Source: Thalia democratica (Eukaryota). From it: DNA of 64,000 bases. The DNA is taken from assembly GCA_965202585.1 (NCBI GenBank), contig OZ241831.1:44082001-44146000 (forward strand), written 5' to 3'. Below the pieces are notes generated by a model. The model worked only from the letters and a program-made list of their open reading frames with translations. It had not been told where the DNA came from and ran no database searches. Below are positions 36,765 through 50,086 of this stretch, in pieces. Within the stretch, counting starts at the first letter, position 1; every line of letters begins with the position of its first letter. A program made the translations under genes and the position numbers.

Positions 36765-37250
36765 ATTAGTATGTATAATTTTTTTTTTGCGTAAATAAAA
36801 TTGTTTATAACGTTTACAAAATTTATTATTATTGATTAAACTACAATAAAATTAATTGTACTTATGCTTTAAAACTTAAGGTTGTCAATAAATTTTGAAC
36901 AACTTGTTTAAAATAATTACAAGAGTGAAAATTTTAAATTATATAAAATTAGAGAAGTAAGTTTGTTTTAAATAAAAAGATTAAAAGATATACTAACTAG
37001 TAAAAAAAGTATATTTATAACAATTTTGTTAAAGCCCAGCACTTTTATAAATATATAATCCAACTTATAGTTTTTGTATCAATTAGGCAAAGTACTTTAG
37101 ACATAAGTATTATAACACTTTACATTTGTTCTCTTAATTTGAAATTACAGTCTTTAAATATTAATTTTTTAAATTTTCGTTTTAAAATTATTTTATATTT
37201 TAACTTTTGTATTTAAACCTTTTAAACCGAAGAGCTACGTTACTAGTTTA

Positions 37251-37309
37251 TATACTTTGGTAGCGTAAGCTACCAAAGTAAGCTACCAAAGTATATTTGG
37301 TAGCGTAAC
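37251..37309. repeat. Short fold-back/tandem cluster of TTTGGTAGC / GCTACCAAAG units
   Basis: TACTTTGGTAGC-GTAA-GCTACCAAAGTA (12-bp stem) plus two further copies. Confidence 0.8.
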
Positions 37310-40138
37310 TGTTGTATTTGGTGCACTACTATAAAAATTCTAACTAACAAAAATTTAAATTAAATTTACAAGTTTAAAGGTCCACAAATTAAAAAGCAAT
37401 GTATGCTTGAAAAAAATAGCGTACGTAGGCCTAATTTGTACCTATAAATTTGTTTTTTGAATGTTTTAATAAAAAAATACTTAAATAGTTTAATTGAGTT
37501 TGCAGAAAACTTTCAAAAACATTCCATTAATAAAATTAAAAAACTATACTTGAGTTATCTGTAATTAGAGCAGTAAGTTGCAGACTTGATGTTATTGTTA
37601 ACTATGTGGAAATGTTAATTTTATGAAAAAAATGTATAACTTTTTTGACACTTTACATAGTAATAAACTTAATAATATCTTTTATAACAAAGAATATTTT
37701 TTTTCAAACAATAAGTAATGTAAAGAGGTCAATCAACTTCTCTTAGAACGTTTTAGTTAAGTTACACATAATATATAGAATTTAGTTTACGACTACTTCA
37801 CTACTAAAAGCTTTTATTGTAACAATTCGTATAAATTTTAAAATACCTCTAACTTTTTATGGAAACATGACAATTCAAACTTTAACAATTCAAACTTATA
37901 TAGATTTATCAAAAATACTTAAAACCAAAAGAAATATGAACTTGAAGGTCTAACTAAGTGAACTTTGATGGTAAAAAAATATTCATTAAAAGAAATTAGT
38001 AAATATTTGTTCGAAATATATAATTTTTTAAATTTCAAAACATAAATTTCTAGAACTTAAGTCGTTCTGAACTTTTTTATTTTTTAAAAGTTTGAAATTA
38101 AACCTCAATTACAAAAACAACAAATAAGAAATATGTTTTGTTATAAGGTCTTACTAAACTGCGGTACAGTTGATACAACCTAATACTTTGTATAAAAAAA
38201 AGCTACATAACAAAACAATTTTAAATATAGATTTTTTAAAGGTTTTGTTATAAAAAACTCTAGTTGATATCATATTTACATCTAGTTAAGAGAAAAAAAT
38301 ACCGAAATATAAATTTTATAACATTTTTTGTGCATGTTGAACTTACCAAAATATTCTTTACTTTGTTCTTGTAAAATGCCAGATATAACTAAATAATTAC
38401 AGCTAACTTATTATCAGTTAGTTTAGTTTATTAAGCTTCATTGTTTTAGAGCAAAACATTATTTAAATGTTAATACTTTTCAAACTCAACTAAAGACTTT
38501 TGTTTCTAATTTTTCCGATTAAAAGTAAAAGAAACATTATGACTTTCAGACACTAGTTTTAACAAAATCTTATTTTTTATTTAATTTAATAATGTAGTAA
38601 TCATTCAAGTACTAAAGAAATGATTAAGTAAGAAAACAGCGGAGTTCAACCAACCAATTAAGTATAGAACCTTCGTATAAAGCAAACTCGTTTTAAAAAA
38701 GAAAACTTTTAGTTATTGCAGTGACCCGTTGTAGATAAAACTGTTATATAGATCTTTTAAAATCTTAAGTAACATTAGTATATTTTTAAACACTTAAGCA
38801 TAGTTTGTAAATATAACTTATGGTGAAACGATTAAACATCTTTTTTTTTTTTGCTCGATTAATTTAATAAACTTATTAATCAGACTTTTATTATCAAAAT
38901 TAAAAATTTTTATTTATGCACTTAGTCTACTTTAAATCAAACATAGCTATAATATTAATATGGTTTTTATCATAAATAGATATCTAATATATTTTTCGAT
39001 ATTTTAATGTGTTATTGCTTTTGTATTCGTATTTTGTTATATGAAAATTATTATTATGACACCTAAATATTTAACTTTTACCTAACTTTATAAATTATGT
39101 AGTAAATAAGTTTTAATGTACTACTATTTTAACTAAGCTTACTACTAATAAATCATATTGAATAAATCTTAAACAATCTTCAAAATGCAGCACTACAAAG
39201 TTAGATAACTCAAAAAGTCAAATTAGAATACTGCAACACAGGACCTGGTTTAAAACACATGTTTGTAACACTAACAGAGGGTAGTTTGTTCAAAGTGCGT
39301 AGCTAAGTGGTAGATTACTGTACAACCTCTGAAAATTAAACAAGCTAATGATTAAAATAAAACTTTAGGTTTAAGATTAATAAATAGTAAAACCTAACAC
39401 TATTAACACAATTTAACTAAATTCTAAAAAAAAATGTTTAGTTTTTAATCATACTTTACGCATATTTCTTAATACACAAGTTAAATTCAGCTTGCTTAGT
39501 AAGTACTTATGACTTCAAAGGACTTAAGTTGAATGTATGAGCTGGTATTTTTTTTAAATTAATTACATTAAGACAACCCTAATAAAATCAAGAAATGCCA
39601 ATGTGATTACTTTCTAGTTTCTATTAAACTAAGATAAAATTTAGAAAGAAAACACGATATACGACTAGCTCTATGGCCATAAGAATTTACGTCGTAACTA
39701 ATGTTTCATTAATATCATCCAACTTTGTTTAATATTTAAAATATTACATAACAAAAAAGTTTGTTAAATACTTGTTCGTTTCTTTGACTAGTTATATAAA
39801 AGTGTTTATTCATCATTATCATTGAAATCGATAAAAGTACTATATATAATATTAAAACCTGATCCACATAACTTTGAATCACTATAATTTAAACAACTTA
39901 GCAAAAACTGTAGGTCACTTAATTTTGTCAACTATTGTACTCTTAAGGTGTAATGGCGAAACAAATATTATAACTATACACGTTATTAGTTCAAATTTGA
40001 AACAGTATTTGCTGTAATCAATATTTAAACTACAATAATAAAACTTAACTACTTTAACATACCTATCATTTAAACACAATTAAAAAATGATAACCTTATA
40101 TATTAAGAAAATTTGTATGACATTTAATACTCCTAGAA

Positions 40139-40523
40139 TAGGGCTGGGCAACATTTTCAGTCGGCGGGCCAGAATAGAAAAAAATATTTCTTAGCATGCC
40201 GGAGCATTTTAATTTTAATTAAATTACCAAAATTACTTTTCGACGAAATTACTTATTCGTTTCGACAATTTTTTACTATATCCAGTGCGAGCTTAGAATT
40301 TCAGGTAAATTGTACTTAAAGCCTTTTATTTATTTTTCTTTGAAATAAAATAAATTAGTTTGAGTTTTAATTCTTTTTTTTAGAAGACCATATTTACAAA
40401 CTCCCAGGTTGCAGTATTATATTTCGCAGGCCGGATTTTACATAAATATAAAAGCATTAGCAGGTCAATTATTTTATTCCAGAAGGCGAATAAGGACAGT
40501 GGGCCGTACGTTGTCCTTCCATG
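40139..40523. mobile_element. Degenerate hAT-type MITE (second family)
   Basis: Ends TAGGGCTGGGCAAC / GTTGTCCTTCCATG, imperfect 8-bp flanks TCCTAGAA/TACTATAA. Inverted paralog at 47562-47957. Confidence 0.6.
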
Positions 40524-41028
40524 TACTATAACTTTGAAACTAAGTAAATTGCTATGCTAAAAAAAAGTTGTGTAAGGTTTAACTAAAACTGATCGTATGT
40601 TGAAAACTAATGATCTAACTACAATTTAACTGAAAGTGTCAATCAAGTTAAGTACTTTTAAAAACGAAATGAAGCTTAAAAACAAGTGCTCAGAAGTATT
40701 CATTTAAAACAATTCCTGTTAAGATAAAAATATTTAAATCAAATTTTTGCATAAACACACAAGCTAGTTTTGCAAGTAAAATTATTCTTCATATTCGAGT
40801 TCAAACACTTCTATAGACGTAATTTACTTATAAAATAAGTAGATTACGACTAACTTTTAAAATATTATGTATAGTTTAATAGTTTGTAAACTTTGTTTGT
40901 TTTTAAGCTTTTTTTCGCAAATCTTTTATTTTAATTTATAAGTATATCTAATTTTATTATACTGCAAGCATTATAAAAAGTTTTCACTTTTATTCACGCT
41001 AATTGAAAAAAAAACTTTACACTTTAAT

Positions 41029-41758
41029 TTATTCATAATCAAAATAGAATCCCTTGGCAACATTAGCTGAATCAGATTTGAAAGTCAAGTAGATCCAGTT
41101 AGATGAAGCTTCAAAGTGGTAACGTTGGTTGTATGTATCGAAAATATTGGCAATTTGAGCATCTGACTCTGAATCTCCATCAAATACCTACAAAATAAGT
41201 TTTTTTTTTGGGAATTTTTATTGAGGCTTATTTTGTTTTGAAGTTTTGGTATTGCAAATTTTATTTAATAAAATATTTTTTTTAAGTTTACTTTTTATAA
41301 TAAGCATTGCAAGTAAAAATCTTAAGTAATGTACTTTTACAGAAAAAACTTTCTAAATTTAAAATTTATTTTAAATTGCAAATAAACGTACTTGCAAATA
41401 ATCGTTGCTTTCAATTCCGTCAACGTTCAAGTCGATTATGACTGGACTTCCGTCTTCAGCGTGTACAAGCCAGTTGCAATCGAGGTAATTGTCGTAGTTT
41501 TCAGGATAATTTGGTGAGAACATTCTTCCACTGTCGTGCAAATGGTATCCACTGCAAGCTGCATACAAACTCATCAATCTTCCTTCCTTTGTAACGGTAC
41601 GAACCACTGGAAAACAAGTTAAATAATTTATATCAGGATAGATAGAAAAAATAGAATAAATTTTAATATGAACTATTAAACTTACTTTTAGTTTGTGGAG
41701 AAGCCATAGTTGCTGAGATGACAGCTAAAGCCAAAGTAACGAAGAAAACATGTTTCAT
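41029..41758 (-). CDS. Secreted single-CUB-domain protein, copy 3 (148 aa)
   Basis: Exons 41686-41758, 41392-41606, 41029-41187. N-terminus MKHVFF. Confidence 0.92.
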
Positions 41759-44216
41759 TTTGATAAATTTGTCTATAAAATTTTATTGTTTACATATGTT
41801 TTTACTTTTTAACATGAATAGTAAAGCTCAAAAATTATAAATTAAATAAGTCTTACTTTATGTACTATTGCTCAATAACTTGTTTCATTTAACTTTGAAA
41901 ACCAGTTTCATTTTACTACAAATAATTGTTTTATCAGTCTTTAATAAAGTTTAATAAAATAAACTTAAGTTAAGGCTTTAAAGTTTTCAAACTTGTTATA
42001 AACCAATAACTTTAAAATTAGCTGTAGTGAGCTAGTTATGGTTGTTTTGTACAAACACGCGTCTTATATACATTACTTGTATCATGTGTGAAATTTGCAA
42101 TATGGTTAATATGAAATGGTTGCAACACACTTATAAACCAGTTGCTTAATTTTATAGAGTTATGAAACAATTTTTCTATAAGAAATTTACTATTTGTTAT
42201 AAGAACATATTTAGATTAAGTAAAAATACGTTTTAAGTTTCTAGCTTGCTGGTTCAATAACAATGATTTAATTGAAAACGGTTGAATCTAATGTGTTCAA
42301 CTTAATCTGCAAACATGTGTCTGTTAGGCTGTAAAATATTAAAAACAACCTTTTTTAATTTTGTAAAACTAATTTATTCACAACGAAAACTCATATTAAG
42401 TTAGTATTACAACAGTTAAAAATAGTTAAAATTATAAAATGTTCAAAGTGGTTTTTTATAAAGTAAAAGTTTAAGGTAGGATAACCTTAAAAGTTTGGTT
42501 TATTTTTATTTTAAATGAATACAATAAACTTGCAAAAAAAAATAAAAGTGTTGTAAAGACTTTTAAATTTTCTATTAACGAACTAACTTAAACAACTGAA
42601 TTATCAGAATAAACCTTTAATATTTTTTGTTTCTATTTCTTTTTTTTTGACAAATACGTGTGTATAGTCAAGTAATTTGAGTAATGTACATTCTAATGTC
42701 TATAATAAAACACAATAACCTCAGCTTTATATATCTTGTGCTTAACTGATTTTTAAATATAACATGAAATCAATTATTATATTTTTCAACTAGAACTTTT
42801 GTTACAAAAAACAAAGTGTTATTGAATAATTTTTAAGGTTGTTATTGCATAAAAAGAAAAGTACTTTATTTCTTTTTTCAATACAAACAAAATACTTACC
42901 GGTAGAAATTATAACTTAAGAAACTTAGCAACCCTAGATTGATGTTAGTCATGTGAATTTTATATGCTTATTTAACTTGACAAACTTGTATGAAAAAGAT
43001 TTAGTCTCGTCTAAAAATACTTAAAAACTATTACCTATTATATTTTAGCTTTTAGTTCTAAATTTACTTGGTGGGTTTAATTGTATGAAGTTGTAGTTTG
43101 AAATCTTTAATAAAGTTACATTTACAAACAATTATACTGTCATGAATATCTTACTATGTTATTAATCGTTCTAAGTTTTCAATTCTAATGTCATACATAC
43201 CATCGGTTTACAAAATTAACAGAATTTTGAAACATTTAACTGTTATTATGTAAATCATAGTGGTTTTGAAAAGAGGTTCTTTCTGCTAATTAAAAAAAAA
43301 CCATTAAGTCCAAATTGTACTAACTACTTTTAAAGTTTTTCTGATCCCAGAACTGATAACTTTAAATAATACTTTAAGTTCGTAACACCAATCAATTAAC
43401 AAGTTTGTTTGTAAAACGTATTTTATGAAAAAAAAAGTTATTACTGAAAAAGGAATTTACTTATAACAAACTGATTAGATAACCTTTGATATCTTCTAAA
43501 ATTACACTAAAATCAAGAGAATTATAAACAAAACTAAATACTTTTATTAGTAAAGCTTAACCATTTACAAAACTAAGACTTTGTTTTGCGTTATGATAAG
43601 TGAAGCTTAGAACAAAGCTTTATTAAAGATTAGGAATTACTAGTGACAAAAACATGTTTTACTTATTAATTCCTATGTACTAATGTTATGTAAGTTAACA
43701 TGAAGTTTAGAATCAAACTAATTTAATTGAGTGTTTATTTTATATTCTTGTTTATAAACTGAACACTCGAATACCTTAAAAAAATGATAATAAAAACAGA
43801 ATTAAAATAAATGTTAATTATTTTTTCATACTATTATCGTTTTCAAACGGTATTAAAAAAACATGTGTTCATCAGGTCAATATTGCTCTAAAAATACCAT
43901 TAGAACAAACAACTTAAAGCTTTTAGTAATTACTGGTGGCATTATTTACAATAATACGTGTTGAAATTAAGCAACTGGTGTTTACGTGTTTTGCAACCAT
44001 TTCTTAGTAACCATATTGAAGTTTTCACATTATGTTGAAAAGCGGTATATATAACCATCATCGTAAGTTAAGTTTACACTTTATTGTTTAATACCATTAA
44101 ACTTTATCTAGGTATAAATCAAACAAGGTTTTGAGTAGTAGTACCTAAAGTACATTCAAACTCAACATAAACTAAGTATATGAAACAATAAAATTTTATA
44201 GACAAATCTATTAAAA

Positions 44217-45246
44217 ATGAAACTTGTTTTCTTCGTTACTTTGGCTTTCGCTGTTCTCTCAGCAACTATGGCTTCTCCACAAACTAAAAGTAAGTTTAAT
44301 AGTTGATATTAACATTTATCTTACATTTGTCAATATATGTTCTTTGATATAATACTTAACATGTTTTTCCAGTGGTTCGCACCGTTACAAAGGAAGGAAG
44401 ATTGATGAGTTTGTATGCAGCTTGCAGTGGATACCATTTGCACGACAGTGGAAGAATGTTTTCACCAAATTATCCTGAAAACTACGACAATTACCTCGAT
44501 TGCAACTGGCTTGTACACGCTGAAGACGGAAGTCCAGTCATAATCGACTTGAATGTTGACGGAATCGAAAGCAACGATTATTTGCAAGTATGTTTGTTTG
44601 CAATTTTAGCCTGTCATAAATTTTTAGATAAAATTAAGAAATATTAATAACTTTTCAACTCGAATAAATATATCAGGAGCTAAACTTGATCAAAAATTAG
44701 TTTTAAAACTTGTTTTATATTTAGTTTGTCTTGTTTTAAAACAAACAATATTTTGATAGTTATTAACTTTTTATATTGATTTTTAGTATTTAATTTTAAA
44801 AAGAACTTAACTGTAGCTAAGGATTTTATCAATCTTATATATTAAATTATTTAAACATTGTTTTATAAAAGATTTTTTGAATTAATCTGTTTGTATTTGT
44901 TTTCTCAGATTTAAATTGACAACACAAATATTTGCACTTAAAAAGCATACTTTGTGTAACAAATTGTAAAAAGTAAAGTATTAAATCATATAAAGTTTTT
45001 GATTAGCTCCATTAGTAAATAGTTATGTATCAAGTAGTAAGCATAAAGTTTAAGTAAAATATATATTCAAAGGGATTTATTTTTAAGGTTTTTGACGGAG
45101 ATTCAGAATCAGATGCTCAAATTGCCAATATTTTTGATACATACAACCAACGTTACCACTTTGAAGCTTCATCTAACTGGATTTACTTGACTTTCAAATC
45201 TGATTCAGCTAATGTTGCCAAGGGATTCTTTTTTGATTATGAATAA
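44217..45246 (+). CDS. Secreted single-CUB-domain protein, copy 4 (148 aa; long intron 2)
   Basis: Exons 44217-44289, 44373-44587, 45088-45246. Confidence 0.9.
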
Positions 45247-45879
45247 ACTTGTCGTTATTTTTTCTTGAAAATAAAGTTATATAAACTTAATCGCAAATTT
45301 TGTCTTCATGTATAAATAGTTATCTCTAAGTAATATGTCAGTTCAACAATTTTTATGTACTAATAGCATAATAATAAAAACGGAGCAAACTACGATTCAT
45401 ACTCTGAAAATTCTTAATCTAAAAACTTTGTGCTGTTGTTGACCAATTTTACTGATAAAAAGTTCATTTAACAGTTTTTATGTTTCATAGTTTAAATTAG
45501 TCGAACCTTCTTTTATTTTTTTTAGTAATTATGAATTATGTTTAAGGATATGAACCATCGTTTTTTTTTAAAGATAATGAATTGTTGGAACTTAAGTTTT
45601 CGTAACTTTAAATTATCATTTAACAACAAAAACAAAAAAAAATGAAACGATAAATTCTGTACATATTTGTGTAAAAATTGATCACGAGTTTAAGTTTTAA
45701 TTTAATAACATTAAAAGCTAAAGGTTTTTTTTTTTAAGAAAAAAAAAACTTATAAAATAAATATTTATAGCAATTTTTTTTGAAGCCTACTACTTCATAT
45801 AAAATTTTTATATTTATTATTAACATGACAAAATTTGCCTTATTTGTGTAGTTTAAACGTAAAGTTTGTTAGTAGCTGT

Positions 45880-45925
45880 CAAATTTGCACGAGGGGACAA
45901 AATTTTGTCCCCTCGTGCAAATTTG
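45880..45925. repeat. Perfect 46-bp palindrome followed by degenerate TCGTGCA repeats
   Basis: CAAATTTGCACGAGGGGACAAAA|TTTTGTCCCCTCGTGCAAATTTG, no loop. Confidence 0.9.
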
Positions 45926-46170
45926 TATTCGTGCAAAAGTATCTTCGTACAATTTAGTCCACTCGTGCAGTTTTGAAGCATTTCAAAAATTTGTAATTCT
46001 ACTTTTTGCAAACTAGTAGAAAAACATATATATGTTGAAGCATTTCTACTTAAAACTTAAACAATTTTTTTTTAATTGTCAAATTTATTCATTTAATCAT
46101 CAACCAAATGAGTAAGTAAGAAAAAAGCGGAGTTGGAAAAACCAACTTAGTATAAAACCTTAGTATAAAG

Positions 46171-46521
46171 CAGGGGTCGGCAGCCGTCTGTTACTCGCGG
46201 GCCAATTTTTTCAGAAAAAAACTGCTCACGGGCCGCACTATTTAGAATAAAATCTTCGAGGACCGTAGTTATTTAAAAATAGCTACAGTAATTACTAAAA
46301 AAATAACATTTTATACTAAAAATATAAAAAAATTAATAGTAAAATAACACATTTAAACAGTATTTATTAAACTAAAAGCCTAGTTGTAAGTTTTTTTTGA
46401 AAAACCTTTTATCTTTAAGTTGTTTTAAAACTTGATTTTTGGCTAAAAAGTACCTCGCGGGCTGCAGATATTGGCGTTGAGGGCCGCAACTGGCCCGCGG
46501 GCCGCAGTTTGCCGACCCCTG
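46171..46521. mobile_element. hAT-type MITE, 351 bp
   Basis: TIR CAGGGGTCGGCA...TGCCGACCCCTG, perfect 8-bp TSD GTATAAAG. Empty paralogous site at 38675-38682. Confidence 0.92.
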
Positions 46522-47561
46522 GTATAAAGAAAACTCATTTTCGTATAAAACTTAAGTTACTACAATGACCGGTTGTAAATAAAACCTTTACATAATTCTC
46601 ATGAATTTTAAAGTAACATAAGTAAACAATTTTTTTTACATTTAAAATTTTTTTTTGAACATAAATTATGGTGAAACAATGAAACAATTAACACATCAAT
46701 ATTTTGATTATTTTAATGAAATAAATTATTAAACTTTTTCTATTGATTATTTTAATGATTTGATAAATTTTTAGTCAAATATAAATAAAGATACAATCAA
46801 AATTTTATTGAAAAACAAATATTTAATTTTTTCATCAATATTTTTATGTGCTATTGCTTCTGTATTTAGTTGTAATTGAAAACTTTACTATGATTAAATT
46901 TTCTTAAAAAATTTTGTCTAAGCTAACAAATACATTTTTAATTAAAATATGTCAAAAGAGTAAAAGCAATCAAAACATTAAAAAAATTAAAATATGAAAT
47001 TGAATGTAATGAAAAAAAATTATTATAAAATAACTATTTTTACATTTACCTTAATCGCTAAATACCGACTTTTACTAAGATATGTATTAACAATAAAAAG
47101 TCTAATCCAATTCGCTTTTTATTAAACATTAGCTTTTTGATTTATTTTCTGTTGTAAGAATTCTTGAAATTAACGTTGGTAATATTATGTAAAAATTAAA
47201 AGTTAATTTTCAAAACCTAGTTGTAAAAAACTATAAGTTAGCTTTGATATCTTGTACAAGTTTTAAAATAGCTTTGAAAGCTACAGATCAATGAGAAAAA
47301 CTTATAACACGGTTTAAAAACAAAAAAAAGTTTAATAGTCAAAAAACATACTTATCGAACTATAGTTGAGATAAAAGGTTTAACGACAACGAATTTTCAT
47401 TAATTATTTACTGTATTATACTACATTGTATTAAAAAAACTTATTGCGATGGAAAATTTTAATTAAGTTGTGAATGGATTATTAGTTTATTTTATACAGA
47501 TTAATTAGCCTTAAACCTTACTTTTTTTTCTAGAAATTTACTTAGTTACATGGTTATAAAA

Positions 47562-47957
47562 TATGGATGGACAACGTACTGCCCGCTGTCCGTTTCTGGC
47601 TGCTGTAGCGAAAATGCATTGCTCGCCAATGTTTTTTAATTTAAGTATAATTTACCCCTCAAAATATAAAACTGCAGCTCGCAAGCATGTAAATATGGCA
47701 AAAAAATTTTAAACTTTTATTAGATTTTTTTTAATTTGAAGTAAAAACCAAAAAAAGGCCTTAAATGCAATTTATGTAAGACTTTAAGCTTACACTATAT
47801 ATAGTAATAAGAAGTGTTGTAGAACAAGTATTATTGCCGAAATGAACTTGATAATTGAGTAACTTTCGTAATTTAAGTGAAGTTAAAATGCTCCGGCCTG
47901 CTAAGAAATAATTTTTTGCCAGTCTGGACTGCTGACTGAAAATGTTTCCCAACCATA
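47562..47957. mobile_element. Degenerate hAT-type MITE, inverted paralog of 40139-40523
   Basis: The reverse complement of its right end (tatggttgggaaacattttcagtcagcagtccaga...gccggagcatttt) aligns to 40139-40210. Confidence 0.6.
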
Positions 47958-49340
47958 TTCTAAAAGTGTTAAATGTTATAAAATTTTTTCTTAAGATCTA
48001 AGGTTATCATGGTAAACTATATTACAATGATAGGTAAATAATATAGTTAAATTTTATTATTTTAACTTAAATAATAATTACAGTACATATTATATTTAAT
48101 TTAAACTAATAATATGTACAGTATTAATTCTTGTTTTGTCATTATACTTTAAGAGTACAATAATTGGCAAAGTTAAGTGATATATAGCTTTTGCTAAGTT
48201 GTTTAAAAAATAGTGATTCAAAGTTATGTGCATTAGATTTTAATAACATTTATTAAATTTTTTTCAGTTTTAATAAAAATTATGAACAAACATTTATACA
48301 ACAATATTTCAGATAGTAAATAAGTATATAACAAACGTTGTTTGTAGTATAATGTTTTTAAATATTAAACAAAGCTTGATGAGATTAATAAAACATTAAA
48401 TACGACGTACAATTTTGTGGTTATAGAGGTGGTCGTCATCAAGTTTTCTTTTGAAACTTTATTTCATTTTAATGGCAACAACAAAGTAAGCACATTGACA
48501 GATTTCAATGTGGGTGTCTAAATGTAATTAATATTTTATCAAAAAAGATGTTTATAAAAAAACAAGCTTATACTTCTCAACTTAATCCTTTGAGTTTATA
48601 AATACTTACTAAAAAATCTAAATTTAACTTAAGTGTTGAAAAAATTTCGTATAAGTATAAATAAGTACTAAGATAATGGAATTTTAGCTTAGTTGTGTTT
48701 AATAGGTTGATTTTTTATTATTCATTGACTTTAAAGTAAATTTTGTTTACCTTTGATTCGTTTAAATTTTCAGATTTTTTACAGTATGCCGTCTTTTTGA
48801 ACAAACTACCCTCTGTTAGTGTTACAAACATGTGTTTTAAACCAGTTCCTGTGTTGCAGTATTGTAATTTGACTTTTTGAGTTATTGAATTTTATAGTGC
48901 TGCAAGTTTCAGACTGCTTAGGGTTTATTAAAAATAAGCTAAATACTTCGGTGTCATCATAAGATTTAACATATTATTTTTTATTTATAATTTATCAACT
49001 TAAAAATAAGATGTTGGTAGATAGAATTTTGTTTCTTTTAAAGTCTTCTAACAATTTATATTTGTATTTACAGAAAGTTTAAGGCTGGTTTTTTTATCAC
49101 TAATTTCACTTCACTAAAAAGCATTAAACGTTTAATCATCAATGAAGTTACTATGATAACATTATGTTTAGTTCAACAGTATGTTTATAATTTTTTTGTG
49201 TTTTAAATTTTTTTTGTGACAATCCTTAATCTTAAAGCATAGATATAATAAACTTTATTGTAGTGTAAACAGTAATAATAAGTATTGTAAACGTTATAAA
49301 CAATTTTATTCACGCTAATAAAAAAAAATTACAAATTTAT

Positions 49341-50086
49341 TTATTCATAATCAAAATAGAATCCCTTGGCAACATTAGCTGAATCAGATTTGAAAGTCAA
49401 GTAGATCCAGTTAGATGAAGCTTCAAAGTGGTAACGTTGGTTGTATGTATCAAAAATATTGGCAACTTGAGCATCTGACTCTGAATCTCCGTCAAATACC
49501 TAAAAAGTTTTTTGTTTTTGTTTTATTAATTTTTACTGAGGCTTATTTGGTTTAGAAATTTTGACATTGCAAACCAATTACTAATATTTAATGTAAACGA
49601 TATTTAAAAAAATTGCTTTTGTTGTTAAAAATTGAAAGTAAAAATCGTAAATAAAAGACTTTTAAAGTAAAATTATCTTCATTTAATATTTATTTCAAAT
49701 TGCAAACAAACATACTTGCAAATAATCGTTGCTTTCGATTCCGTCAACATTCAAGTCGATTATGACTGGACTTCCGTCTTCAGCGTGTACAAGCCAGTTG
49801 CAATCGAGGTAATTGTCGTAGTTTTCAGGATAATTTGGTGAGAACATTCTTCCACTGTCGTGCAAATGGTATCCACTACAAGCTGCATACAAACTCATCA
49901 GTCTTCCTTCCTTTGTAACGGTACGAACCACTTGAAAAACATATTAAATATTTTATTCAAGAACAAATCTTGACAAATGTAAGATAAATGTTAATATCAA
50001 CTATTAAACTTACTTTTAGTTTGTGGAGAAGCCATAGTTGCTGAGATGACAGCGAAAGCCAAAGTGACGAAGAAAACAAGTTTCAT
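49341..50086 (-). CDS. Secreted single-CUB-domain protein, copy 5 (148 aa)
   Basis: Exons 50014-50086, 49716-49930, 49341-49499. AAG acceptor on exon 2. I->V in QVAN. Confidence 0.92.
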
